NCBI GenBank assembly: GCA_963575745.1
Contig: CAUYUJ010000259.1
Coordinates: 372,001 to 436,000, forward strand
Reading direction: 5' to 3'
Length of the DNA stretch: 64,000 nucleotides
DNA from: Prorocentrum cordatum
Taxonomy: Eukaryota
A program made the translations under genes and the position numbers. The notes beneath the pieces are model-generated. The model made no database searches. It was not told the DNA's origin and worked only from the letters and a program-made list of their open reading frames with translations. Shown piece by piece: positions 35,251 to 44,945 of this stretch (the first letter of the stretch is position 1; every line of letters starts with the position of its first letter).

Positions 35251-36051
35251 GTAGGGCTGCAGGGCAAGCTCCAGTGCGACAGTGCTGATGGAGACATGTC
35301 CAGAATCCCCCTGCGCGGTGACATGCCCGACTTAGGTGTGCCCCTTCACTTCGAGGAGCACGTGCGTGTGGCGGAGGCCTCGTCGTACTGCCGGAGGTGG
35401 TGCAGGCTGGGGTCGCCGAGGCCCGGAGCTGGCAGCCGCTGCGCCTCGGGGAAAGGATCTGGCCGCCTCCCGCCTCGCCGTGGCCCGATGGAGCGGCGGA
35501 GCGAAGCAGGAGTGGACCGAGGCCAAGGTCGACGGCCCGAGCCCGAGCCTGGACGAGGGTAATCGCGAAGGCGGTTCAGGGGTCTGCGTGGGACCCCGCT
35601 GTGGTGGCCCCGCCCAGCAGCCCTCGCAAGTGGCGACAGTTGCATACTTCGCAGCCCTCCAGGAAAGGCGAGGTCCCGTTTGGGTCTGCGTGGGACCCCT
35701 TTGTGCTGGCCCCGCCCAGCAACCCTGGAAAGTGGCGACAGGCTCACAGGGGGCGAAGGTTGCGGTCAGCACCGGGGCGTTCGAGACGTCTTTCTCAGGT
35801 AGGTCGAGGCGCCGGATCCCGACGTCGACGCCAACACGGACCACGTGCTGGAGGGCGTCGGCATCCCCGCCATGCGCAACACACATTGCAGGACAAAAAG
35901 TTGCGGGGTGCGTTCACGAACGGTTCGGGGGGGAAGATCGAGAAGGCGATGCTTGAGTATATCGCCACATGCGTTCTGCACACCGTCCCGCTGGAGGTGA
36001 AGCTGCAGGACACGCTCGCGCACGGCTCCAAGGATGAGATCGAGAAGTGCA

Positions 36052-36535
36052 TGAAAGTAAGAAGGCGTTGAAAGTAGAGTGGGAGTCCGCCCGCCCCCTG
36101 CAGAGGACGGAAAATGTGAAGCCTCTCGATCATTGAAGTATGAAGGCGCTTGAAGTAGACTGGGATCTGGGATTCTAGAGATACGTTTTCTCAACGACTG
36201 ATGTGTGGGGAAGGCGGCGCCAGACAGGCAGAGCGAGCACGAGAGCACTGGCGACCCCATCACGAGGAGAACAATACCCACGCGCCGCGCGTGCGGCGGC
36301 GGCCTGCCGTGCTCCCGCCGGCGCCCTCCTCCCCGGACCTTTGGAAGGGCGGCGCCGAGGCCGTCAGCGAGACGACCATACACGCCGGCCGTTGAAAGTA
36401 GGTATTTTTGGATTCCCAGATCCCAATCTACTTCAAGCGCCTTCCTACTTCAAGAATCGGCATGATTTTGCTGGGTTTTGTTGTTCTCTGGGAGGGCCTG
36501 GACCCAATCCGCTTTGTCCGCCTTCCTACTTGATG
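36052..36535. mobile_element. Fold-back element with ~145-bp imperfect inverted arms
   Basis: TTGAAGTATGAAGGCGCTTGAAGTAGACTGGGATCTGGGA (~36133-36172) is near reverse complement of TCCCAGATCCCAATCTACTTCAAGCGCCTTCCTACTTCAA (~36414-36453). Outer ends are AAGTAAGAAGGCG / CGCCTTCCTACTT. Confidence 0.7.
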
Positions 36536-37564
36536 TTTTTACCTGCTTCTTCCGACCGACGTGTATGTGGCACGGCCACAAAAAAAACTACCAGAAGATC
36601 AAGGAGCCGGGGACGGGTGCAATAACTTGTTGGAGTTTCGCATCGGATTCTGATGCCACGGCCTCCACGCCATGCCCTACAGGGCACGGTCGGGCTCCCC
36701 CCAGCGGAGCGCGCACGACTCCGGCGCGCGCGTCTCGTCTCGTCCCAGGGTGATGCCCGTGAGCGGGGGCAACGCCAAGGAGTCTTTCGAGTGCGAGCTC
36801 GAGGACCAGTTGCCGCCCGACGCCCTTGACGAGTCTCGTGCGTTCCTCGAAGCGGCCTCGGCGGCGCGAGAGCCGGCCCATTCGTGTTCTCACGTGCTGT
36901 CGGCGCCGAGCAAAGGCTCGGGGCCCGCCTCAGCTTGGTCGCAGGGGGCTTCGCTGACCTTTTCGGAGCCGTGGTCGGCTCCGGCGGCCTCGTGGGTCCA
37001 GCGTTCCCTTGGTCTCGTGGGGTCTGGGGGGCGTTCGTTTCCCGTGGGGCTTTTGGAATCGGCTCCTGGGTCTCGGGCTCCTTGGGCTTCGGGTTTTCCG
37101 GGATCGGGCAGTCCACGCGAGGGTGGAGCGTGCGTCCTATGAGATCCCCGTCTCGGAGTTTCGGTTCGTGTTCCCCTTTCTTGAGCCCCTCTTGGGGCCG
37201 CTTTTGGGCCCCCTTGGGCCGTTTGGGGCGCCTCTTTGGTCGTGGCGCCTCTTTGGCCGTCTTGGGGCCCTGTTGAGCCGTCTTGGGGCCCTCTTGGGGA
37301 CCTTTGTGGCCGTCTTGGAGCGATGCTGGAGGCCTTGTGGGACATACTGGAGCGTCGGAAGTTGGAGTAGTAGATAACACAACTGTGGGATCTCAATCTG
37401 GGAAACTCAGAGCTGGAACCTGGAAGCACGGTAAAACACAGCAGGGAACTAGTTTGGGCCTTCTCCAGGCCCTCCTGGGAAGGCTCTTAGGGGCTCCCTT
37501 GGGGCGTCTCGAAGGCTTCTTTGGCCGTCTTGAGACCATCTTGGACGTCTTGGAAAGTTCTCGT

Positions 37565-37733
37565 CGGGGGTGGACAGACATCCTACCCTGACACGTCGAT
37601 TAAGGAATTTGCCGTTTTCGGTTCGCGAGAGGGCGTCGCGGCCGTCATTTTTGCGGGTTCAGGTCCGTCGGTTTCGGTCCCAGGCCGTTTTCACTAAAGG
37701 GAGGTTTACTAAAGGGAGGTTTGCCCACCGCCG
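37565..37733. mobile_element. MITE-like element, family F, copy 2
   Basis: Closely matches 1937-2104 along its whole length. Confidence 0.75.
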
Positions 37734-38904
37734 ATCTCGGGCCGTCTCGGAGGCCTCTTGGACCCTCCTGCGGGGCGCTTCGGGGCCGCCTTCGCCTGTC
37801 CTGTGGGCCCCGTTGGGCGGTGCCACCGCCCGAAGAGGTCCAGACAACACCCCGGCAGCACCGGGCAGCGCCCGGGTGCAGCTGTGAGGCCTCTGCAAAC
37901 CTTGGGACAAACCTTGGGAAGCCTCTACAAACCTTCCTGGAAACCCTTACAGACCCTCACAGGGCTGCATTCGCTGCTGAAGGAGGCGATGGCAAATCAT
38001 TTGAGGGCGGACAAGGGTCCAGGAGGATGCTTCACCAGTAGCGGGAGGAGGAGGAGGGAGGCAGGCAGGCGCGCAGGAGCGACGCGACGCGGTGACAGGC
38101 AGTTGGGCCAGGTGGCAGATGATTACGGTGAAGAAATCGGAGGATATGTGAGGGATGAGCAGGAGGAGCAGGAGATGGGTAGGAATTCGGAGGTGGAGGA
38201 GGGCGAAGAGGAGTAGTAGTTGGAGGGCGATCTGATTGAATCGAGTGGGAAGATGAGGATGAGAAGGAGGAGGAGGAAGAGGAACAACAGATACGGCAAG
38301 CGACGCCGAGGTTAAGGGCCGAGGAGCGAGAGGGAAAAGGAGAGTGGATGACGATGATGTTAATGCTGGTGCTGGTGTTAAAGATGATGGCGGTGGTGCT
38401 GATGGTAGTGATGATGGTGGCGGTGATGAGATCGATGATCGGCGATGATGAGGGGGATATCTATCTATACATATATATAATATATATACACAATTAGAAT
38501 CAGGAGGAAGAGGACGAGAAGGACGAGGAGGAGGATGAAGGTGTGGCCGATGTTGCTGCTGAGGAGGAGTAGTAGGAGGAGGAGGAGGAGGAGGAGGAGG
38601 AGGAGGAGGAGGAGGACGGCAGCGTTCGGAGAATAATCAGGGTCTCAGCGTCTCAGGACGAAGACGAGAAGGAGGAAGATGAGAGTGTAGTCAACAAGTA
38701 CCAAGTGAGGACGAGTGAACTGGAGGTGGATGGAGAGAGATGAGGTTGGAGGGCGGATGCAAGGAGGGGAGGTAAAACGATGGTTGCAGGTGTGAAGACA
38801 AGTGGGATGGCGAATGGGAGGTGGAAAGAGGGAGGGACGCATGCTCATGCATGAGGATGCTGGACTGACGAGGGAAGAGGTCGTCTCCACTCCCCCCCCG
38901 ACAG

Positions 38905-39005
38905 GGCTGCCGCCCGGGCTGCCGCTGCCAGGGATGCCCCTCCCGGCGGGGCTGCCTCCGCTGCCGCCGGGGATGGAGGCGCCGGCTGGCATGGTCGGCG
39001 CCTTG
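38905..39005 (+). CDS. Gene 2 exon 2 (3' boundary uncertain, ~38993-39026)
   Basis: Pyrimidine tract plus CAG acceptor, phase 1. Translates (G)LPPGLPLPGMPLPAGLPPLPPGMEAPAGMVGAL with GC3-rich codons. Confidence 0.65.
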
Positions 39006-40319
39006 GTGGCGACGGGCCTGGCGACAGTAATTCAGTGGTTCGAAAATGGGGTCCTGAAGGACGAGGTCCTAGAGGCGAGGTGCTTCCAACTACGTCAATC
39101 CACCCTTGGGTCCATTCCTATCCTTGGGGCCCCATCCCTGAGGAACCCACCTCATAACCACCAAGCGACGTGGAGCGCGAAGGCTTCGTGTCTCAGGGCT
39201 GGCGGTTGCACCGCGCGGGGCTGCCGAGGGTGTGGTGCGCATGAGCGAGTGGGCACCAGGACAAGGGGCGCAGGAAAGGGAGGAGGAGGTGAAGGAGGAG
39301 GTGAAGGAGGAGGAGAAGGAGGAGGAGGAGGGGGAGGGGGAGGAGGAGGAGGAGAAGCAGGGATGGAACAGGAGAGGAGGAGATAAGGAGGAAACGGGGG
39401 AGGAGGAGGAGGAGGAACCCTGGGGGGAGAGTGGCCGCGGATTGGGATTACATCGGGCAGCCGGGGTTGCCCCCGGTGCTGGCCTGCCGGGGCGGGCGAG
39501 CGCAGAGACAAGCGAGATGTCGCGGGGTCTCGTCGACGCCGGTCTTCGCCGCCCGCCAGGCCACCTCAACCCAATCCGAAGGCCCCGATTTGCCCTCCAT
39601 TTCCAGTGGGGGGTTGGTCGGGGAACATTGAAGAAACACATCTGAAGCCCGCACCTCCCCCGAGCGCGAAATTCAGGTCTTCGGGTTGGGTTGGGGGGGT
39701 CTGGTAGGTAGTCAGGGTCGATGCTGGCTGTCGCCGATTCGCGAGGAAGCTCCACGCATGGACGAAGCCGAAGGTGGAAGATGACCAAGACCGACACCCA
39801 CGGCTCCGCATTGTTTATGGGTTGTGGCCGTCGTTTCGTTCCCTCCATGATGTACCGTCCTTACCGTGGCCATCTTATATGCGCGCTGATGCTTATCTCC
39901 AGGCCTCCCATGGAGGATGAGAAGGAGGAGAAGGAGGCGGAGGTGGAGGCGGTGACGGAGGCGGTCCCATCTAGGAAACCTCCATTATCGCGCCGGATAA
40001 TGGCCCTGACCGGGACAGATATGTCTTATTAGCGGCAGTCAAGGCATCCCATATTCATGTTTTCTGCCGCATGCCCCACTCCATGCAGTCGCGGCGTATT
40101 TCTGACGGCCCGTGACTGCGTTAGGGGCAGGCCTGTGATATTCCATTTCCTCCGCCCCTTCCCCTGTCTTCTCTCTATCCCCCTGTCTCTTTTATTCCCT
40201 TCCTAGTATACAGCTGTGTATCTGTGTATATAGATATACGCATATGCCTATGTACTTTTCTGTACACATAAGCATACACCTAATGATATGTATACATTAT
40301 CCCTCCAGTGCCTCCCCAT

Positions 40320-40353
40320 CTTCAGTATCATCATCATAATCAGGATCATCGTT

Positions 40354-40396
<43 letters not shown>

Positions 40397-40553
40397 ATGT
40401 AATACTCGTCACTATCATCACCACCAGCATCGACATACTCGTCATCATGAGTATCTTCATCGTCACCGTCATCATCACCATCGCTATCTTCATCGTCGTG
40501 GTCATGGTCATCGTCGTCGTCCTCATCCTCACCATCTCCATCATCATCGTCAC
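40320..40553. repeat. (CAT)n microsatellite abutting the helicase element
   Basis: Direct reading. It produces the spurious poly-His N-terminus of ORF 40308-41177. Confidence 0.95.
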
Positions 40554-40559
40554 GGCCCC

Positions 40560-43500
40560 CGCCACCTCTGCGGTGTCCTGCGGAATTCCAAGGGTGGCAA
40601 GAAGGGGAAATCAGGCAAGGGAAAAGGCAGCGTTGCTCGCGACGGACAAAACACCCCCGTCCCTGGATCCGACCCCCAAGAGCACACGGTGGACGATCAC
40701 CGATGGGAAACCGTCTTTCGGGAGGACCGCAACGCCCATACAGCCATCGGCACTGCCTTCCCTGGACTCAGGCAGGTTGCGGGCAAGCACATGAAGAGTG
40801 GGGCTCTCAAGCTCACCACCATTGACTCCAGCCAGGGTGGTGAGGCGGACTTCGTAATCGTACTGACCACGAGGAGCAACGGGAATCACAATTGGGGTTT
40901 TGTCGACGACGCCGAACGCCTGAACGTGGCATTCACTAGGGCCAAGCGGAACATCCTGATGTTGGGAGACGGGCGCATGTTCGCCAATGCCACCTGGTCC
41001 CAGCTGCGTGTGCTCTCCGAGTACGGGCGCTTGACCCGCCTCTGGGTTCGATTCGGGGGCGGCGCCCCCGCTGGCCACAGGAGATCCCTGGTCATAGACG
41101 AGAGCTTTGACCCGCTGCCCGCCCTCGCTACCTGGGTACCGTCCCCTGTCGCCTGGAGCTGCGATGCAAAGGGATAGAACGGGCGAAACGAGCTTGATGC
41201 TGCCAAAAAGAAACCACGCGACGCCCAGGCGAGCGGCTTCGCCGAGCGCTACAACACTGCCCTGGATGAGGACTTCGACTGGGACTCCCTGGGTAAGCTC
41301 ATCTCGGCCGGTCTCAACGAGATCCTCTCGACGCCTGCCTTCCACGTGCTCATCTATCTGGTGGCGGGGCTACACCCGCACGAGTTCTCGCTGGCAGAAA
41401 CACCGCGACAACCCGGCAAACTCGACCGCAAGGCTTGGTCGCACCTGGGCTTCCTGTTCGACATGTCCCTGGGTCTAGACGCGACCAATCTAGTCCACAA
41501 CATGCTCTGGGCAGCCATTGTGTGGACGCTCGGCCTTGACGCTCCCCGGGATGACGCGAACTACGCAGTCCACGACGACTCCCTTCCACCGGTGCCGCAC
41601 GTCAAAGGACGGCGTGTAACATTCTATGGGCGGCGCCAGTGCACCCCCAAGGGACTCTTCCGACAGGTCCCCCAGGCGTGGAGCGCAGCAACCAAGGATT
41701 GCTGCAGACACAGGAAACACCTTGGAATGGCTGGCCTACAGGAGATCCTCAGCGGCGCCTTCGCGACCCAAAGTGGGGCCAGCTCCGGAAGGAAATTATA
41801 AACGCAGATGGCCTCCCCATGGAATCCTGCAATACCCGGTCGCTCTTGGTCGTCATGATGTTAATTCTCCGCGAGCCACGCGTGTTCATGTGGCCGTTCT
41901 CTCACGCAGAGCAGGCTGGCGATGTCATCGAAGCCATCCGGGGTTTCTGTGTCCCGTGGCAAGAAGCGCACCGAGGATTCCGACACGACTTCGCAAGGAC
42001 CTGGGGACTCACGCTAGACGACCTAGCCGACCTCCACGGCCGCATCGAGGCGATCCTGCCCCACATCTCCAAGCTCGCAGCGGTGGCGCACCACCGCCCG
42101 GGCGCGCGGGCAGCTGGCTGCCCGCAGACCTGGAGTGAAAGGGACGGACAGGACTTTCAGTTGAAGGCGCCGATGCTCGTCCTCGAGAAGATTGTCCCAG
42201 CCGCCTCCCTGGCTCCCCATGGGTACGCACCGCTGCTCGGCGCGCGCGCTTCACGTCGCGCTTGCGGGTTCCGCCGCCGCCCTGGGCGACGACGATCGGC
42301 TCGCCAGGTTCGCCTACATCGGCGGCGGATTCGCATCATCCAACACCGACCTCAACGCCCCCTTGCCGTCCACCCCCGCCCCAGGCACCAGGCAGGACCC
42401 TCCGCGCATTCCCGACGACAGGCTGACACCCGATCAGAAGAATGGCAGGTTCAAGTGCGACAGGTGCGGTAAGGACCAGCTACGCTCCACAGAAGGCACG
42501 TGGATCTCCGACGACACGCGTCTGATGGTAGCACAGAACAGGCCCCAGGCCTACCTCAACGGTGCGATCGTGGGATGGCACTGCGAGGCCTGCTGGATCC
42601 GATACCTGGAGGAACAGGGCATCCCAGCACCAACCGGCGCAACAATCGCGGGCAAGGTCAAGGCACACGAGCAGCAGAGGACTGGTGCCGCAAGCGACGA
42701 AAAGGCGGACGCCCTCCCCTCCCTGGGTCACCTCCCACTTGGCTTTGGATGCAGCCCCCAGGCGGACACGAGGTCGCTGTCGGACCTCATCATGACGCCG
42801 ACTGGCATGCAGATCCCTGAGCGCGCCCACACCACGATTCCCATCCTACGGGTCAGAGATGAGCGGTTCGGCCTCAAAGCTGCGCAGAGCAAAATCTACT
42901 CCGCACGGTGCGACACATGCCCCCCAGGGGCTCCGCTCCTCGTCTGGAACACAGGAGCCCCTCCCTTGGGATGCTTTATATGGAAGCCAGCGGAGGGGGT
43001 AGGGGTTCCCGAGCAGGCCGGGCTGCCTCCCATCGAGAGGCGAGCCATAGCCTGGTGGGAGCGCAACTGGAACGCCACTTGGTGCTGCCGACGTTGCCTG
43101 GTCCCCGTATGGAATATCGGTCCTGCTACCCTGGACCGCATCCTTGATAGGGACTACACCGCGCTGCACCCAGCCGAGGCCCCTGTCCTCCCGACGCTCA
43201 ACAGCCAGATAGGAGCGGAGGTGCCAGTGGACATCTTCAGTTCTCTCCCATGGATAGGCGCTGACGCCAAGGCCCAAGATCGCTTCGCCAAGGCTGGATC
43301 GGCAAACCTCCCTGGGTCTAGCGCCTCGGGTGGAGCGGCCTCCGCTGCCGAGAGAGCCCCCTGGTCGCTGGCACAGCTCATGGAGCTCCTGCCAGAGCTG
43401 CCAGTCCCGCAGGGCCCGCTCCTGGACAAGAGGGGCGTCAACAACCCCGCGCTGAGCCCAGACGACCCCAGGAGCGGACCGGGCAGCGGAGATGGGGCTG

Positions 43501-44945
43501 TACAGCGACTCCTGGTAACCTACCTCCGGGACTTCCACCCTGGGCTGGACTACGCTTGGCGACAGTTCTGTCTCAGCAACCGCGACAGCAGCATCCCAGA
43601 GCCTAGGAGCGAAGAAGCCTCCTGGCCGGGCGGACGTTTGACGGAGTTTCTCAGGACGGCGTCCGGCGAATGCATCTCGAAGGATTGTGCCCCGCTCAGC
43701 CAGCCCTGGGAAGGCAAACGGCTGGCCGCTGCGCGGGTCGTCTCCCACCTCGCCAACGGCGAGAAACATGGGGAGTCCTTGGAGAAGCACGCCTCGGCCC
43801 TCGCCCCGGCGAGTGGCCTCAGCCCTGTCAGACACGACATGGGCACACTGACGAGTTTCCTACTCAGCCTCGGCGCCGACGCCCTGGCCTCGGCAACCAT
43901 CACTTCCCTGGCCGAGTCGCGCGTGCAGACCATGAGTGGGGACAGACCAAACACCTCTACGGCGGCCGACGCAGACAAACCCCTGGGCACGAGAGACGAC
44001 GACTCGCGTCTTGGCAACCCGGACTTGCCCGACCACGCTGCCAAGGACGAGGGCGGTGAAGACGAGATCCTTCCGACGGAAAAGGTCGATTCACCCGACT
44101 TTGGAACCCCCCACGAGTCTCCTCCTCCTGCATCTTGTTCGGGCTCGGCCACGGATGTCGACGACGACGGCCCTGGCGACAAGGCGCCTCAGCGGAGCCC
44201 AACGGCAGACAGCCTGGATCCCAGCTCTGACCGCGACCCGATAGCTGCCTGGGGTGGCCCTGCCAGCACCGACCAAAATGCCAGTGAAGCCAGGGGGCCA
44301 GATCGCGACGAAGACGCCCGCGACGGGTGGCGCGCAGAGTCGTCGCCCCCCATTGCGCAACCCACAGGTTCCTGGCCATAGGCTTACCTACCCTCGTTCA
44401 GCGGAGCGACGCGCACTCGACCTGCTGACCGACTCACCTGGGGGCCCCATGTACAAGGCCTGGCTGGGCACCGTGGACTCGGGGCGCCGCGGAGAGCCAC
44501 CCGCCAAACGCCTCACCAGACACCAAATGGAGTTGGGTGGAGTATTCATGCGCTCTGTGGACGGCCTACACGCAAGGCATTCGGCCCCCTGGATCCAGGG
44601 AACCCAAGTCAGACCCGAGACTGCGCACGGACGCGACCATCAACAAGTTTTTGGATGACTGGAAGGGCTGCGGATACAACGCCTACTTGATGGACAGGAG
44701 GTTCGACTTCCGCATCGATTGGGCCAAAGTGCGGGCCGAGTGCCTGCGTCGCACACGGCCCGACGGCACGGGCAAGGGCAACCACCAGCAGAGCAGCTGG
44801 CGCGAGCGATCGGCAAGCTCCTGGGACGCCTGGGGCACCTGGCAGAGTGACTGGAGCGCTGGCTGGCACGACGACCGTTGGCAGACGGGAGGCAAGCGTG
44901 GTGGGGGCAGGCCCGACGAACGTGGTGAAAAAAGGCAGCGATGGG
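40560..44945 (+). pseudogene. Intronless, disrupted long ORF: Upf1/DNA2-like SF1 helicase C-terminal (AAA_12-type) domain, duplicated Zn-finger-like module and repeated helical motif
   Basis: TIDSSQGGEADFVIVLTTRSN..GFVDDAERLNVAFTRAKRNILMLGD carries SF1 motifs V/VI. The frame continues through TAG at 41175-41177 into ORF 41346, then by frameshifts via ORFs 41639, 42192 (729 aa), 44254 and 44537. Confidence 0.8.

Noticed and set aside
34057..35336. Family A left and right TIRs apparently enclosing the DDE fragment as an autonomous element
   Set aside because: The interval also contains the probable first exon of gene 2, no TSD is visible, and family A TSDs (8-10 bp) do not fit pogo-type TA duplication. 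Two separate half copies are more likely.
40308..40560. Poly-His N-terminus of the helicase ORF
   Set aside because: It is a (CAT)n microsatellite that happens to be in frame.
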